Shown: positions 14,857 to 28,200 of the stretch, piece after piece
Layout: every line of letters starts with the position of its first letter
Position numbering within the stretch: position 1 is the first letter of the stretch
From: the human T2T-CHM13v2.0 reference genome, Homo sapiens
NCBI RefSeq assembly: GCF_009914755.1
Contig: NC_060928.1
Direction: 5' to 3' (one strand)
Length of the DNA stretch: 64,000 bases
Position numbers and translations under genes: made by a program
The notes under the pieces: generated by a model
What the model saw: the letters and a program-made list of their open reading frames with translations, nothing else
What the model was told of the DNA's origin: nothing
Databases searched by the model: none

Positions 14857-15136
14857 GAGACGGAGTTTCACTCTCATTGTCCAGGCTGGAGGGCAATGGC
14901 ATGATCTCGGCTTACTGCAACCTCTGCCTTCCGGGTCAAGCGATTCTCCTGTTTCAGCCTCCCAAGTAGCTGGGATTACAGGCATGTGCCACCATGCTCG
15001 GCTAATTTTGTATTTTTAGTAGAGACGGGGTTTCTCCATGTTGGTCAGGCTGGTCTTGAACTCCCGACCTCAGGTGATCTGCCCACCTCGGCCTCCCAAA
15101 GTGCTGGGATTACAGGCGTGAGCCACTGCGCCCGGC
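14830..15136 (-). mobile_element. AluSp-type SINE
   Basis: gggtttctccatgttggtcaggctggtc; TSD taacttgcctttt starting at 14821 and 15137. Confidence 0.94.
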
Positions 15137-16124
15137 TAACTTGCCTTTTTAAAGTGGTAATAGCCAAATTTAGGTTGCTACTTTTATTTATCTATTATCA
15201 GTTACTTTTTCCTTTACAGGATATTAATTTTTTTTATGTTTTTTCTCCTTTATTAGTAGTTTTCCTTTTATCTTAGCATCAGTTCAGTTTGGGAAGCACT
15301 GTCTTGTAGATCCTGGCATCCAACATATATCAATTCTTCAATATTTGGAAATGGTTGAGAAAAAAGAGTAGTAAATGTACAATATATTTTGATAAATCAC
15401 ATATATTTAGGCAGAAAGAAAACAAAACCACTTATTTCTCTCCAGGTGATCTATTTCTGACAGTAACTTGACTTGGTAACTATAATTTAGACTTCACAAA
15501 AAGACATATCGTGCATTTTCAATAACTCCAATTGCCTCATGCTGCCACTCTACAGGAAGAAATATTTTTCCTTTCTTCTTTTCTCTTCTCTCCTTTTCTC
15601 TTTTCTAACTTGGAAGTTAGAAAGTAAAAGGTGTTATGGAAATAATATAACAAGGAAGGGGAAAAATGTATGTTTGGGGAAGAGTAAACATTTTAAATGG
15701 AGAGTCAGGGAAGGTCTCAGCAAGAAGACGGCATGTAAGAAAAACCTTGCAGGAAGTGAGTAAATCTTGGGAAAGAGCATTCTAGACAGACAGAAAAGCT
15801 GGTATAAAAGTATTGAGGCAGGAGTGTTATTAGTGCATTTGCAGAGTAGGAAGGAAGCCAGTATGGCTGAAACAAGGTTAAAATGTAATGGGTGGCCAGA
15901 TTGCTCACAGGTTTTTATACACATAAGGACATGAAATTACATAAAAAGTATGACAAGGGTTACCCTGGCTGCTTTATTGAGAGTATAGTATAAGAGCAAG
16001 AATAGAATCAGTAAGACCAATAAGCAAATATTAAAATAATTCAACAAAGAAACAGTGGTGACTTGGCCCAAAATAATAGCAATGGAAGTGGTTGAAGCAT
16101 TGGATTCTGAATGCATTAAAATCA

Positions 16125-16556
<432 letters not shown>

Positions 16557-16790
16557 CTATGGGAAAAGCAGGTTTATTTGGTACAAATCAAGAATTTAGT
16601 TCTGGATATGCTAATTTAAGAGGTCCATTAGACAAATACAAGAATATGTTGGGGCGGCAGCTAGAAATATATGGATATAGTTCAGGCAATGTGGATGTGG
16701 GTGTTGTCATCATATAGACGGTATGTAAAGTCATAAGATTAGGCAAGATCCTCAAAGGAGTAAGTGTAGCTAGAGATAAAAAGAAATCCA

Positions 16791-17094
<304 letters not shown>

Positions 17095-17677
17095 AAAGAA
17101 ATCCAAAGTTCAAGCACTGGTGCCCTCCAATTTTAAGGTAGTTTAGGAAAAATCAGCAATATAAACTTAACAGTAATTGCCAATGAACAAGTGTAAAATT
17201 AGTAGAGTGTCATATAATAGATGCCAAGAGAAAAACAGAATTAAAGCAGGCAAGGCTATAGACTTTATAATAAGTTGGATAATTATATCTAAAATAAATA
17301 CATCATAACTTATCTCACCCTATTATTTAAGGACATTTAACTATGCTTGTGTAATAATAATTAATATTTTCACATAACATTACCTTATCATTACACATTA
17401 GGATTAAATATGAAATATTGGGCAGCTGTACTACTTTCTGTTTCACTGAAGAAATCAACAAAATGATCAACCTATTCTTATGTTAAAAAGTGCTCTACTT
17501 CTGCCACTTTTGACTTATAAAACATGATCAATATGGCAGTATATTGTATTATTAATATATAGAAAATAAATGGAGGAAAAAATCAGTTATTTTGCCATAA
17601 TTAATATAAACGTTTTTGAAAGTGCCCAAATGCATTTGCATTATGGACTCAGGCCACTGTATCTTTAAAATCTAAAA

Positions 17678-17985
17678 ATCTGGGCATGGTGGCTCATAAT
17701 TGTAATCCCAGCACTTTGGTAGGCTGAGGCTGGCGAGTCACTTGAGGTCAGGAGTTTGAGGCCAGCCTGGACAACACTGCAAAAACCCGTCTCTACTAAA
17801 AATACAAAAATTAGCCAGGGATGGTGGCTTATGCTTGTAATCCGAGCTACTCAGGAGGCTGAGGCAGGAGAATCGCTTGAGCCTTGGGGGCCGAGGTTGC
17901 AGTGAGCCGAGATCACGCCATTGCACTCCAGCCTGGGAGACGCAGCGAGACTCTGTCTCAAAATAAATAAATAAAATAAAATAAA
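17678..17985 (+). mobile_element. AluS-type SINE
   Basis: tgggcatggtggctc...gagactctgtctc with (aaat)n tail; TSD taaaatctaaaaa. Confidence 0.92.
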
Positions 17986-18519
17986 ATCTAAAAACCCTCA
18001 CATACAAACCTGTAAATTAGGAGTGTTCATGAGCTTTATCAAGAAAGCACAGACTATGCCCTGATAGGATATGGCAGACTCCTGAAAAGGTAGGCTCCCA
18101 AATCCTCAAAACATAATGTAGTGTTAATAGAACAATTTGGTAGTTCATGTGATGATTAAGAAGAGAAAAACACATGTGCATTTTAATTTTCTTACTGAAA
18201 GTGACTCCACAAAGTACTGACTATAATACAAACTAAATATGCATAGAAAGAGAAGCATGTCTGATTTTTAAACTATTATTATGATGATAAAAGAATGTAA
18301 GCCTTGACCATTAGGAATCATGGAAGTAATTTTAATATTAGTAACAAAAGTTAAGGAACTGAACTATAAGTGTTCCATTTTAAGCCCTATATTTGGAGAA
18401 CCAGAGCCTGCCTCACAGGAAGCAGCCTGGTTGCCTGCCTGTGAAAAGTTTCACACGCCCTCCTTTTGCCCCCTTAGCCTTCTCACTTCTTAGCCCCACC
18501 TTGCTCACTTGCCCCATTA

Positions 18520-18720
18520 ACACTGAGCATAAATCAGTGTCATCTGCTGTCTCTTGCGTTTCTTTCTTCCCTTCCTCTTTCACTCTCTTTCTCTCCCTGT
18601 CTGTCTTTGTAAGTTGGTCTCCATTGCACCATATGGCAGCTGAGAGAAGGGGAGAGCAATTATCTGCCTCTGAACAAAAGGCGCTGTGGTGACACAGCGG
18701 CCCATGAATGCATGAGACAC
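18520..18720. promoter_or_regulatory. Candidate enhancer (bHLH/SOX/POU motif cluster in unique DNA)
   Basis: CATCTG 18541-18546, CCATATGG 18629-18636, CAGCTG 18637-18642, AACAAAAG 18673-18680, ATGAATGCAT 18704-18713; motif evidence only. Confidence 0.3.
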
Positions 18721-19063
18721 GGTCATGTATAGAAGGGCCTCCAGCCCTGTCAGCGAGACTAAAGGGAAGGGTGATGGAGCTGCCTCCAGATAGGCAGACA
18801 AACCAGTAAACCCTTCCTCAGTGTCCCTTTCCCTCCTCTCCTTCCCTCTGTTTTCAGTGTTTTTCATTTGCTTGTTTCTGTGTCCAAATCAGATTAGTTT
18901 ATTAATGACAAAGTCAGAATGTGTGGCAGAACAAGAAATTAAAGCAAGCTACCTTATTCATACACTTCTAAATAGCTCCAAACAACATGTCAATAATTGC
19001 ACAAGTATTTCAACATATAAGGGGAAAACTGATAAATTTCAAGGAGACGGTATCCTTTTAAAA

Positions 19064-19340
19064 TATTTATTTATTTATTTTTATTGATATTTCATAGCTG
19101 TTCATATTTTGGGGTACCTGTCATATTTTGATACATGTATACAATGTGTAATGATTAAATCAGAGTAATTGAACTATTCGTCACCTTAAACATTTATCTT
19201 TTCTTTGTGCTGGGAACACTACATTTTTTCTCTTCTAGCTACTTTGAAATACATAGTAAATTATTGTTACCTATAATTTTCCTACTATACTATCAAACAG
19301 TAGAACTTGTTCCTTCTACCTGACTATATTTTTGTGTCCA
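19064..19340 (-). mobile_element. L1MA-type 3' end fragment
   Basis: catattttggggtacctgtcatattttgatacatgtatacaatgtgtaatgattaaatcag...cttctagctactttgaaatac. Confidence 0.85.
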
Positions 19341-22300
19341 AAGACCATATTCTTTTTTCCCTTTCTTCTAAAGAAAAATTGTACATACTTACACAAATTA
19401 ACTCATGAAAGAAAAATATCTGGATAATACAAGAGGATACAGGCAGGACTGTGAGGATTCTCTGTGATAATAACAAGTTAACTGCAGTTTCTAAGACTAT
19501 GTCTTTGAACATTTATTATCCATTATTATGCTATTCAAGAAAAGGAGCACCTCCTCACTGTTTACCTTCTTCCCTATTTCTTGTTTTTCCTGTAGTTGTT
19601 ACCCCTCTTCTATGCCTGGATATGCATGATTTTTTCAGTGGAGAATTTCTGCAAAGCAGACACAACATTTTTATTAGTGAAGTTAACACTATGCTAGAAG
19701 AATAGTAAATTCAAGCTATAAATCCACCAGCTTTCAGGAGACTCATTTATTCTGTTCCATATGAAATAAAAATCTACTACAGGGGAAGAGTTGAATATGA
19801 CCATATACATTTATGAAGGAACATTTTACACTTTACTGCTGTAGGCTACTACTGGCCTTAGGAGCTGATGTTCATTTTATTTGATTCAAAATAAAAGTAC
19901 AATAAAAAATAAAGCAGACATCCCCCACCACTCAATCGCCCACCCACCCACCCACCCAACAAGGTATCTTGGATCACAAAATGCCAGTCCCCTGTGGTTA
20001 TTTAAAGAAACCTGGGCAGGTTTCCAAGTTCTGGTGTCTGTGACCTATTACACGGAGGCAACAATAATAGTTCCTCATGAAATAAATCAATGGACATACG
20101 TAGAGTACTTCTACCATGCCATGTACTATTTTTTACTTCAATCTTTAAGAAGAAAGTGAAGGTTATGTAACTCAGTTTCACACATTGTCTACATTTATAA
20201 CAGGGCTTCTCTTCAGGAACATTTTTACTATGAAGATACCCTCCCTCTCTTTTATCTATGATGTTATTTAACACTTATTTAACGCTTTTCAATAATAAAT
20301 CCAACTTTTAAAAATTCATATACAATACTTTTCTTTGTACAATGCAGTCTGAGACTGATGGTTATTTGTCAGTTGATGAAAAAGCAAAATATCATTGGCT
20401 TTTCAGTTATATTCTTCATAAATTCTCTTTCATAATTACTATACATGTTTGGTTTTACATGAAACATTCATTAAAATAAACATTCATTAAATAAACAAAA
20501 CCAAGAGCTAAGAGTGCCTGTGTTTAGCAAATATCAGGACTCTGCACGTTTCTACAGCAGTAAGAGTTATGTGGTACATCATCTGTCAGAAAGACTTGTG
20601 TAGAGAGAACCCTCTGTGGTACAAACAGAAAGCAGGAAACAAAGCAACTATTCAACCTTTTCTATTCACTGCACCCACATCTGTTTACATGGCCTCTGCT
20701 CAATCCTGAAAGGTTTTGTCCTCCTACCTCCATTTTATTTTACACAGCTCTGAGCGGCTGGCAGCTTGGAAGACTTTTCTTTCTTTTTTTTTTCCTTAAG
20801 AGCTAGGGATTCAAATCTGTTTTGTAAAACAGAAATTTGAAAAACAGGCTTACAGATAGCAGTTGGTCCCTTTTCTAGTCTATCCAGTTGGAGTTCTAAT
20901 GAGGGATATAAACTCCAACATTCTCATTAATTTTTAAAATAAATTTAACAGACATAAGAAGTTTCTTCAGGAGGGTAGTAGATGGTACTATTTTCCCAGT
21001 TCTGCTCATTACTAAATGTCAGTTTGCCCTCTTTTGACAAAAAAAAATTATGTTTTTTAATCTACTCTGCGAGTGAAATTTCTACTCTGTGAGAGAAATG
21101 CATGTGCTATCTAGAAGTAAAATATTTCAGAAATATCACTGTAAATATTCTCCATAAAAGATTATATTTCTATGACACTTTATATTTTACAAAGTTATTT
21201 TACACAGTTTAGGTAATCAGATCCTCAAAATGAAAAAAAAAAACTAAAAAAGGTAGAGCAGATGACTTTATTCCTAATTTTACAAAAGGAAAACTAAAGC
21301 TTTCCTTTAATAGCATGGGATTCCCTCTACACCACGATGAGTGTGTGGTTTTATGACACGAAAACCATATTGCCCTCTATGTGTTGTATACATATGATAA
21401 TGCTTTATTCTCAATTTTATTCTAAGAATTAGTTATGAGCATGATCATTTCTAATCCTCCTTGCATTTTTAAAGTTCTGTAATTCATGATCAGATACATG
21501 ATGAATGAGGTATAAAAGAAAAAAGTTCAAAATAATTATGCTCATATGTTTAAAAATTGAAGTCTAAAAAATTTACATCTTTGGTACTTATAAGTATAAG
21601 AATACTTATAGAGTATTAAAAATATAAGTATTATCATACTTTATAAGTAAGATAATAAAGGTTAGACATCAAATGTATTTTTCCCTACTTTTCTAAGATA
21701 TACTGGATTGCCTTGATGTAGTAACTCAGAGACAGAAGAGATCATGAGAAGACATTTTAATAATATAGTTAGAAATCACAAGTATTGGATTCAATGCTGA
21801 TACTACTGGGTCAGTAGAATCATATCTAACTGGTTAACATTGTCTGGATGTATTAACTCAACTTTGACAAGAAGAAATAATAACAATCCAATGCCACACA
21901 ATTTTAGTAAGAATTAAATCAACTAGTATCTGTGAAGAGCAAATGGTAAACTGTACAAAACCACCTAATATTAGTGACTGCCATTAGCTTTTGTTCTTTC
22001 TATATTATTAAACAATTAATTTCAAATGTACAAATGAAACTGAAATACTTGAAAACTAAATAATAAAATCAGTAATAATAACAAGAGTAGATTGCAGAAG
22101 AAATTCTAAAATATGCCACCTGTTGGTTTATGTGAAAGTGAAAGGGTGAATGAGAAAAAAAAAAAAGTCCTTCACTATCCAATAATAGTAGTGCACAAGC
22201 TAGAGTCTGTATATAGATGCTCGACTACCGTCTTCCTCATCCCATATTTTGGTAAATAAATCTTTTCTAAATGAAAGAATATTGGCTCATAATTTTTTTA

Positions 22301-22345
22301 AAAAGGCATAGAGAGGCCAGAACTGGGTAATTTTAGAAATATTAG

Positions 22346-22674
<329 letters not shown>

Positions 22675-23975
22675 CATTTTAAGGCATCTTTCAATGAGAA
22701 ACAGCAATGTGATATATTTCTTTATTTCCAATGTTTTAAATTATTTATTAGAACTGACATATAAATAACTAGCAATAAATTAGTATTCAAAATAGCACAT
22801 TCTAGTCCATAAAATCTTGTAAAGTTGAAAATAGAAGACAAATCTTCAGCAGTCAAAAAACTGCTTATACGGCAAACAAAAGATATTTTTAATTCTGCTC
22901 ATAGCTTGTGTATGTGAAAAAAAGATACGAAACTAAACTATCAACTAAAAATCACATTGTTTTCCATTCAGAAAAAAATTATTTGAGGAAACATCAAATA
23001 TAACTTTAAAAAAGTTAAAGGCATAGGAATAAGTGACTTTGATGGGGAATTGCATTAGTTGCCAAACTGGAATTCAAAACCGTCTCTAAATTTTTAGAAG
23101 TTGAAAGATAAAACAACAACAAAAATAATTGGTATTTCCTGAGCTTAAGGACTAGCTTCAGTAGGACATACGGTTTCATTTTGAGGCCTCTCATTTCTTA
23201 TGAAAATGTTACTATTTCTGTAGGCATCTTCATTTAAGGGAGTAGGTTTAATAACTAATTAAACCAGAGTTAGTTCAGCTGATTTTGATTTCATCTTATT
23301 TTTTGGTATTTACATTTTTCCATAGTAAATTATAGTGTACTTTGAACTTAAAAAGTTCTAAGTAGGGAAAAATAAAGCATTTTAAAACTATATTGTGTGA
23401 TATACATCTCAAATAGTATGTGTTAAAAAATTAGACATCTGCTTTGATGCATTTTATTGCTGATATAGTCAAGAAGTTGTGGCATCATAGAGTTCAAGTC
23501 AGTGTTTGTTCTATTATAAAACCAAACTACTAATTAAAGTAGAACTTCACAATTTGTTAAGGCAAATGGTGGTTGGGAGGTTTTATTTTCATTTAAAAGT
23601 CTATACCCAACCTTAACATGATCTCTTAAATTCAGAGCCATCTCATCTCATTTATTAAACACCTATATATCACAAGGCATTATGCTATATTGAATACACA
23701 AATAAGTATATGGCATCATATTTTTCTACAATGATCTATTTGGCATGAAGGTTATACACTATTATATACAATAATAATTTTTACAATAGAATATTTAGTG
23801 CTATGTCATAGAAGTACATACAAAATACAAGAGGAAATTATTAACTATGTTGTCTCACTACATAGCTTCAAATGGTTAAATTATATTTTAAAAGCAGATC
23901 AGAAGAGTTGCTATGGTCCTACTCTAAAGTAGATCTTTCCAAGAGTAATGTGACGTATTGCTTTTTTGTTATCAT

Positions 23976-23998
23976 CATGCACGCATGCGTGCATGCGA

Positions 23999-24050
<52 letters not shown>
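23976..24050. repeat. 20-bp palindrome plus (TG)n microsatellite
   Basis: catgcacgcatgcgtgcatg at 23976-23995, then about 21 TG units. Confidence 0.95.
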
Positions 24051-24054
<4 letters not shown>

Positions 24055-25227
24055 TGGCTCAGAAACTACCAGGCGAATGTCTTTTTGTCTTGAATTAAAT
24101 AAATTGACCCTGTTGTAAAGTCAAAGTGAGCACCCCACACTCCCCCTTTCCACTTCCCAACCAAACTTACTAGGAATTATATTCTCCAAAATAAGAAAAC
24201 TCTTTCCTATTATATCCCCTGGGGTTAATTCAATGAAAAATTTAGGGATTTGCTAAACCTTCCTTTCCTAAAGACATCTGAGTTCCAAACTTGTTTCAGC
24301 TGGACTTTGAGGTTAAAAAAATATATAGTATTCCTTTCCCTTTAGAACAATGATTTTCCCAGAATAGAAAAGTAGAGCAGAAACAGTGCTGTATAAAACC
24401 TTGGTGAAATGTACTTGAAGTTGAGAAAGGCAAAGATAAAGGAAATGACAAAAATATTTATAGTGATTCCCATTATCTCCAGAGTCTTATTTTCTCTGTA
24501 TTTCTGAGACGTAGTAAATAAGGTCAAATCCTTTGAATAGGCTATTTGTTCAAATGAGGCCACACTAGAGCAAGCATTCTTGAGTAGTAACTGGGATAAA
24601 GGTGTTGTGTTTAATTTGTCTCTTAAACTATGTTTGTCTTTGACTGAATGAAAGTGGTTTTGAATCTTTGTCTGTATTGAAGAGAAAAAATCAAAATCTA
24701 TCTAAATGCTTTTAGTGAATTAAATGCTAATACAGCCTTGACAAGATGGACTGTAGACTTTCATTAGTTGAAGGAAGCCACTCATCTTCTATTTTATAAC
24801 CTAATAACAAGAAGACACAAATGAAAAAGAAGACGAATTTTTGCATATTCACATATGTGAGTGGTTTTGCTTGAATTTTTAAATAAAGTTTTCAAAAAGC
24901 AGTTCTGCACTGTTGACAGTTCTGTAACTTATTCTTATTTTTCTATTTGCAAATTACTCAGTTGTCATGTAGTTTTAGCAGAAAATGACAAAACATGGAA
25001 CCTTCCTATGAAAATAACGATCCTCAGCTGACTCATAAACAAGCTTTGTGTTAATGTACCTTCCCTTTTGTGCCTCTGTCTCATTAAGGCATCTTTAGTT
25101 GGACACAATCGGTCTCCAATTAAAAAGCTCAAGTCTGATGCCAATGTAGTTGTTTGGGTCTGTTCTCTGCAAACAACATATGCTATAGCTACATGGATTT
25201 CTATTTACCTTTGCAGCATTTGTTTCT

Positions 25228-25297
25228 TTTGATCCTGAGATCTCCAGAAAAAGAAAGGAATGTTTGATCCTGAGATCTTCAGAAAAAGAAAGGAATG
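25228..25297. repeat. 35-bp tandem duplication
   Basis: tttgatcctgagatct(c/t)cagaaaaagaaaggaatg x2 with one mismatch. Confidence 0.95.
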
Positions 25298-28200
25298 TTC
25301 TGGGATTTTATGGTAGAATGACATTTGCTTCTTTGGGTTGGCAACCATCACTAATTCCAGGCTTGTTTCCTCTGGGTTATTTCTTACTAATTAGCTGCTT
25401 TTGTGCAACTTTTTTTTTCTACATATGGCACTACATTTCTTTGAAGAGTGAAATGCATACTCATACAAATGGTTGTGAATCAACGTTCATTCAACTTGCC
25501 TATCAAGAGCATGGAAGTTTAAAAAAAAATAGAGCTATTTGGATAAACCCTGAAGCGTTTATAAATGGTAATCATCTTTTACCTAGGTTTATTGGGGATT
25601 ATGCTTTTGTGTTGTAAAAGTTATCAAATACAAAAATGGGTTTAGAAGGTTTACTTAATGATAAACTGGCAAGCCACAAACTGCTGCAAGGAATGGAGGC
25701 TCAGATGAAAAGAGGTTATTGAAAGGAAATGGGAATGACAGGGCATGTGGATTTCCTTAAGGAGCAGAAAAGTTATAGTCAATAACAATTACATTTAGAT
25801 GGAATGAGTAAGAGCAATTTAGTCAGGAAAAGGTCCAAAATTATAGACATTTTTTTTTTCCTAAGAAGGAAGTGTGAGGCTAGGCAGTGAAAACTTGCAA
25901 AGAAATAATGGTTTTGTTCCAAAGGACAAGAGAACTATTAGAGTGATTTTTACAGAAGATGGCTCTGGTCTAAAAACAAAAGGAAACATCATGATCCCAG
26001 TAAGAGAGGATGATGCACTATTACCAGGTGAAAAAGAAAATTGAACAACTTGATAGATATGTGATTAGAACAGTAGTGACAATAATAGTCATCCTCCCTG
26101 TGAATCCTTACCTGAACTGTCATGAAAGCTTGATGCTTCCTCGGAACCTCATGATCCCATAGAACGCTAAAGAAGTCTCATAAAAACTTCTGTTATTACG
26201 TGTTACTGTATTGTTTTGCCTATTGGTATTATTTTTCATCTTTCTCAGGAGACTAGCACAGAACACAATACATAATAGCTTCTCAAAATTTTTTCTGAAA
26301 TTAGAAAAATCGGGTTCATCTGTATTGTTTGTTATAGTACACATTCCTATATATGAGTTTTATTTCTATATCTTTTCTCTTACAGAAGTTCATTGGAAAA
26401 TACAAAATAATCCAGTTACAATTTGCATAAGTAACCTAGAGAACTGGGGAGAAGCAAAGGACATGATCTTGGGGTTTCAGTTTTCCTCCCTAAGAAGGAG
26501 CAATAAGGTACTTCTAGCTTTGAATACTGAACTTATTGTTGGGAACCCATGAAGGATAAGGTTAGAAATTTATAAAGGAACTAAGAGATTGGGCCAGAGT
26601 GGAGGCACTGTAGCTCACAAACTTAAAATTGATTCCTACTACTAATGGTTCAGAGTTGAGAGAACTTAATGAACAGAGACCAAGTAGATGCAATGTAACC
26701 AAGCTATCTACATGACTGAATGTCCTTGACACATGTGAGTGGGACGAGGAATCTGATGGATGTGTTTTGCTACCACGTAATCAAAAGGATTAGTTTATCT
26801 AGACCTCTGCCACTCAGTAGGGCTTTCGGGTTAATTTAATTAAATTGATAAATTATATTCAACAGCTTAATTGTGGCCTATTCATATGTATACAACCCAT
26901 AATCATTATTATGGCTGTTTTCTTAGATAGAAGCATGAGCTAAATTTAAGTAATTACAAGTCAACAAATAAGGAAAAATATACGTGCACTATGTTTGAAC
27001 TGACATGTTGATTTTGATAATTGGATGTGTAGGTGCACAATGGGAATTTTGGCTTGGCACATGCTCATAAAACAACAAAGAATCGTTTTATATTATTCTT
27101 TTTCTGTCATAAGTGCTGATGTTGCTGCCCTGGGATGCCCAGGTTTAAAAATGTTATTGAAAATTTCTTAAACCAAACTAGTTGATAATTTGATCAGTAG
27201 TATTTGTCTTTCAAATGCCAAACTCGACAGTAATATATTCCACATGAAATAAATATGGAGAGTTATATGTGAAAACACAAATACATTTAGAGATAATTTG
27301 GGTCACTCCAGGATCTTCACCCTCTCCTTTTGGCTCCTTGCCATGTCTTTTCTCATATCCCACGGGTCCAAGGATAGCCGCAATCAGCCTGTGAGTCCTT
27401 TCTACCCTTAGCCAACATTAGAAGTCAAGATGAGAAAGTGCACTTTTATTAGATTTGCCAGAAAGTTTTCATTTAGAATACATAAACTCCCTCATTTAGA
27501 ATCTATGCACCTTAACCCTCAATTTTCTAGGAAAACAGTCATAACCATTTACCATCTGGGCCTAGGGAATGCTTTAATTTTTAAAATACTTTAAGTCTTT
27601 TTACAAGTAATCTGCAAAACTTTTAAATAAAAAATTTAATTTAATTTTTATTACAATATTCATCAGAATTCAATTATAGCAAAATTGTGTGTGTCAAGTA
27701 AATTTTGGCACGAAACATCGTAAAATATAAAATACTATAGTCATACATTTTTGTAAAATGGGGTGGTCTAGATTCCTCTCAAAATTTGTATATTATGAAC
27801 TCCTTTTTCCTGTTGATTGACTAACTGGATGAGCAAACCATATTATCTTTTGCCTCAGAAATATATTGCTTAGTCATCAATTTTGAGTTTAAGAAAATTC
27901 TTGTAAAGTACCATCAATCTGAAAACCCAGCCTAAGACTTTTGCTTCTGTGATCAATTTTATTACCATGTAATCCACAGTGCTATTCTGTGTTTCTTTGT
28001 GTTCATCTTCCAATTTATCTGATTATTGTGAATTGTCTTCCTGTGTACTTGGCTAAAATAGGCAGAAAACAACACTTCAGAATTTTTATTGTGTTTAGTG
28101 AAGGCTAAAGCAGACTACACAATATTGACAAATTTATTTTATACCTTTTTAAAAGATAACACAATACTTTGGGCAAAATATTAATAAGCCAAAAGATAAC

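Noticed and set aside
21585-21650. Cluster of short tacttat/ataagta inverted repeats, and similar short palindromes near 4563 and 34122
   Set aside because: 12-14 bp AT-rich palindromes are expected by chance in DNA of this composition.
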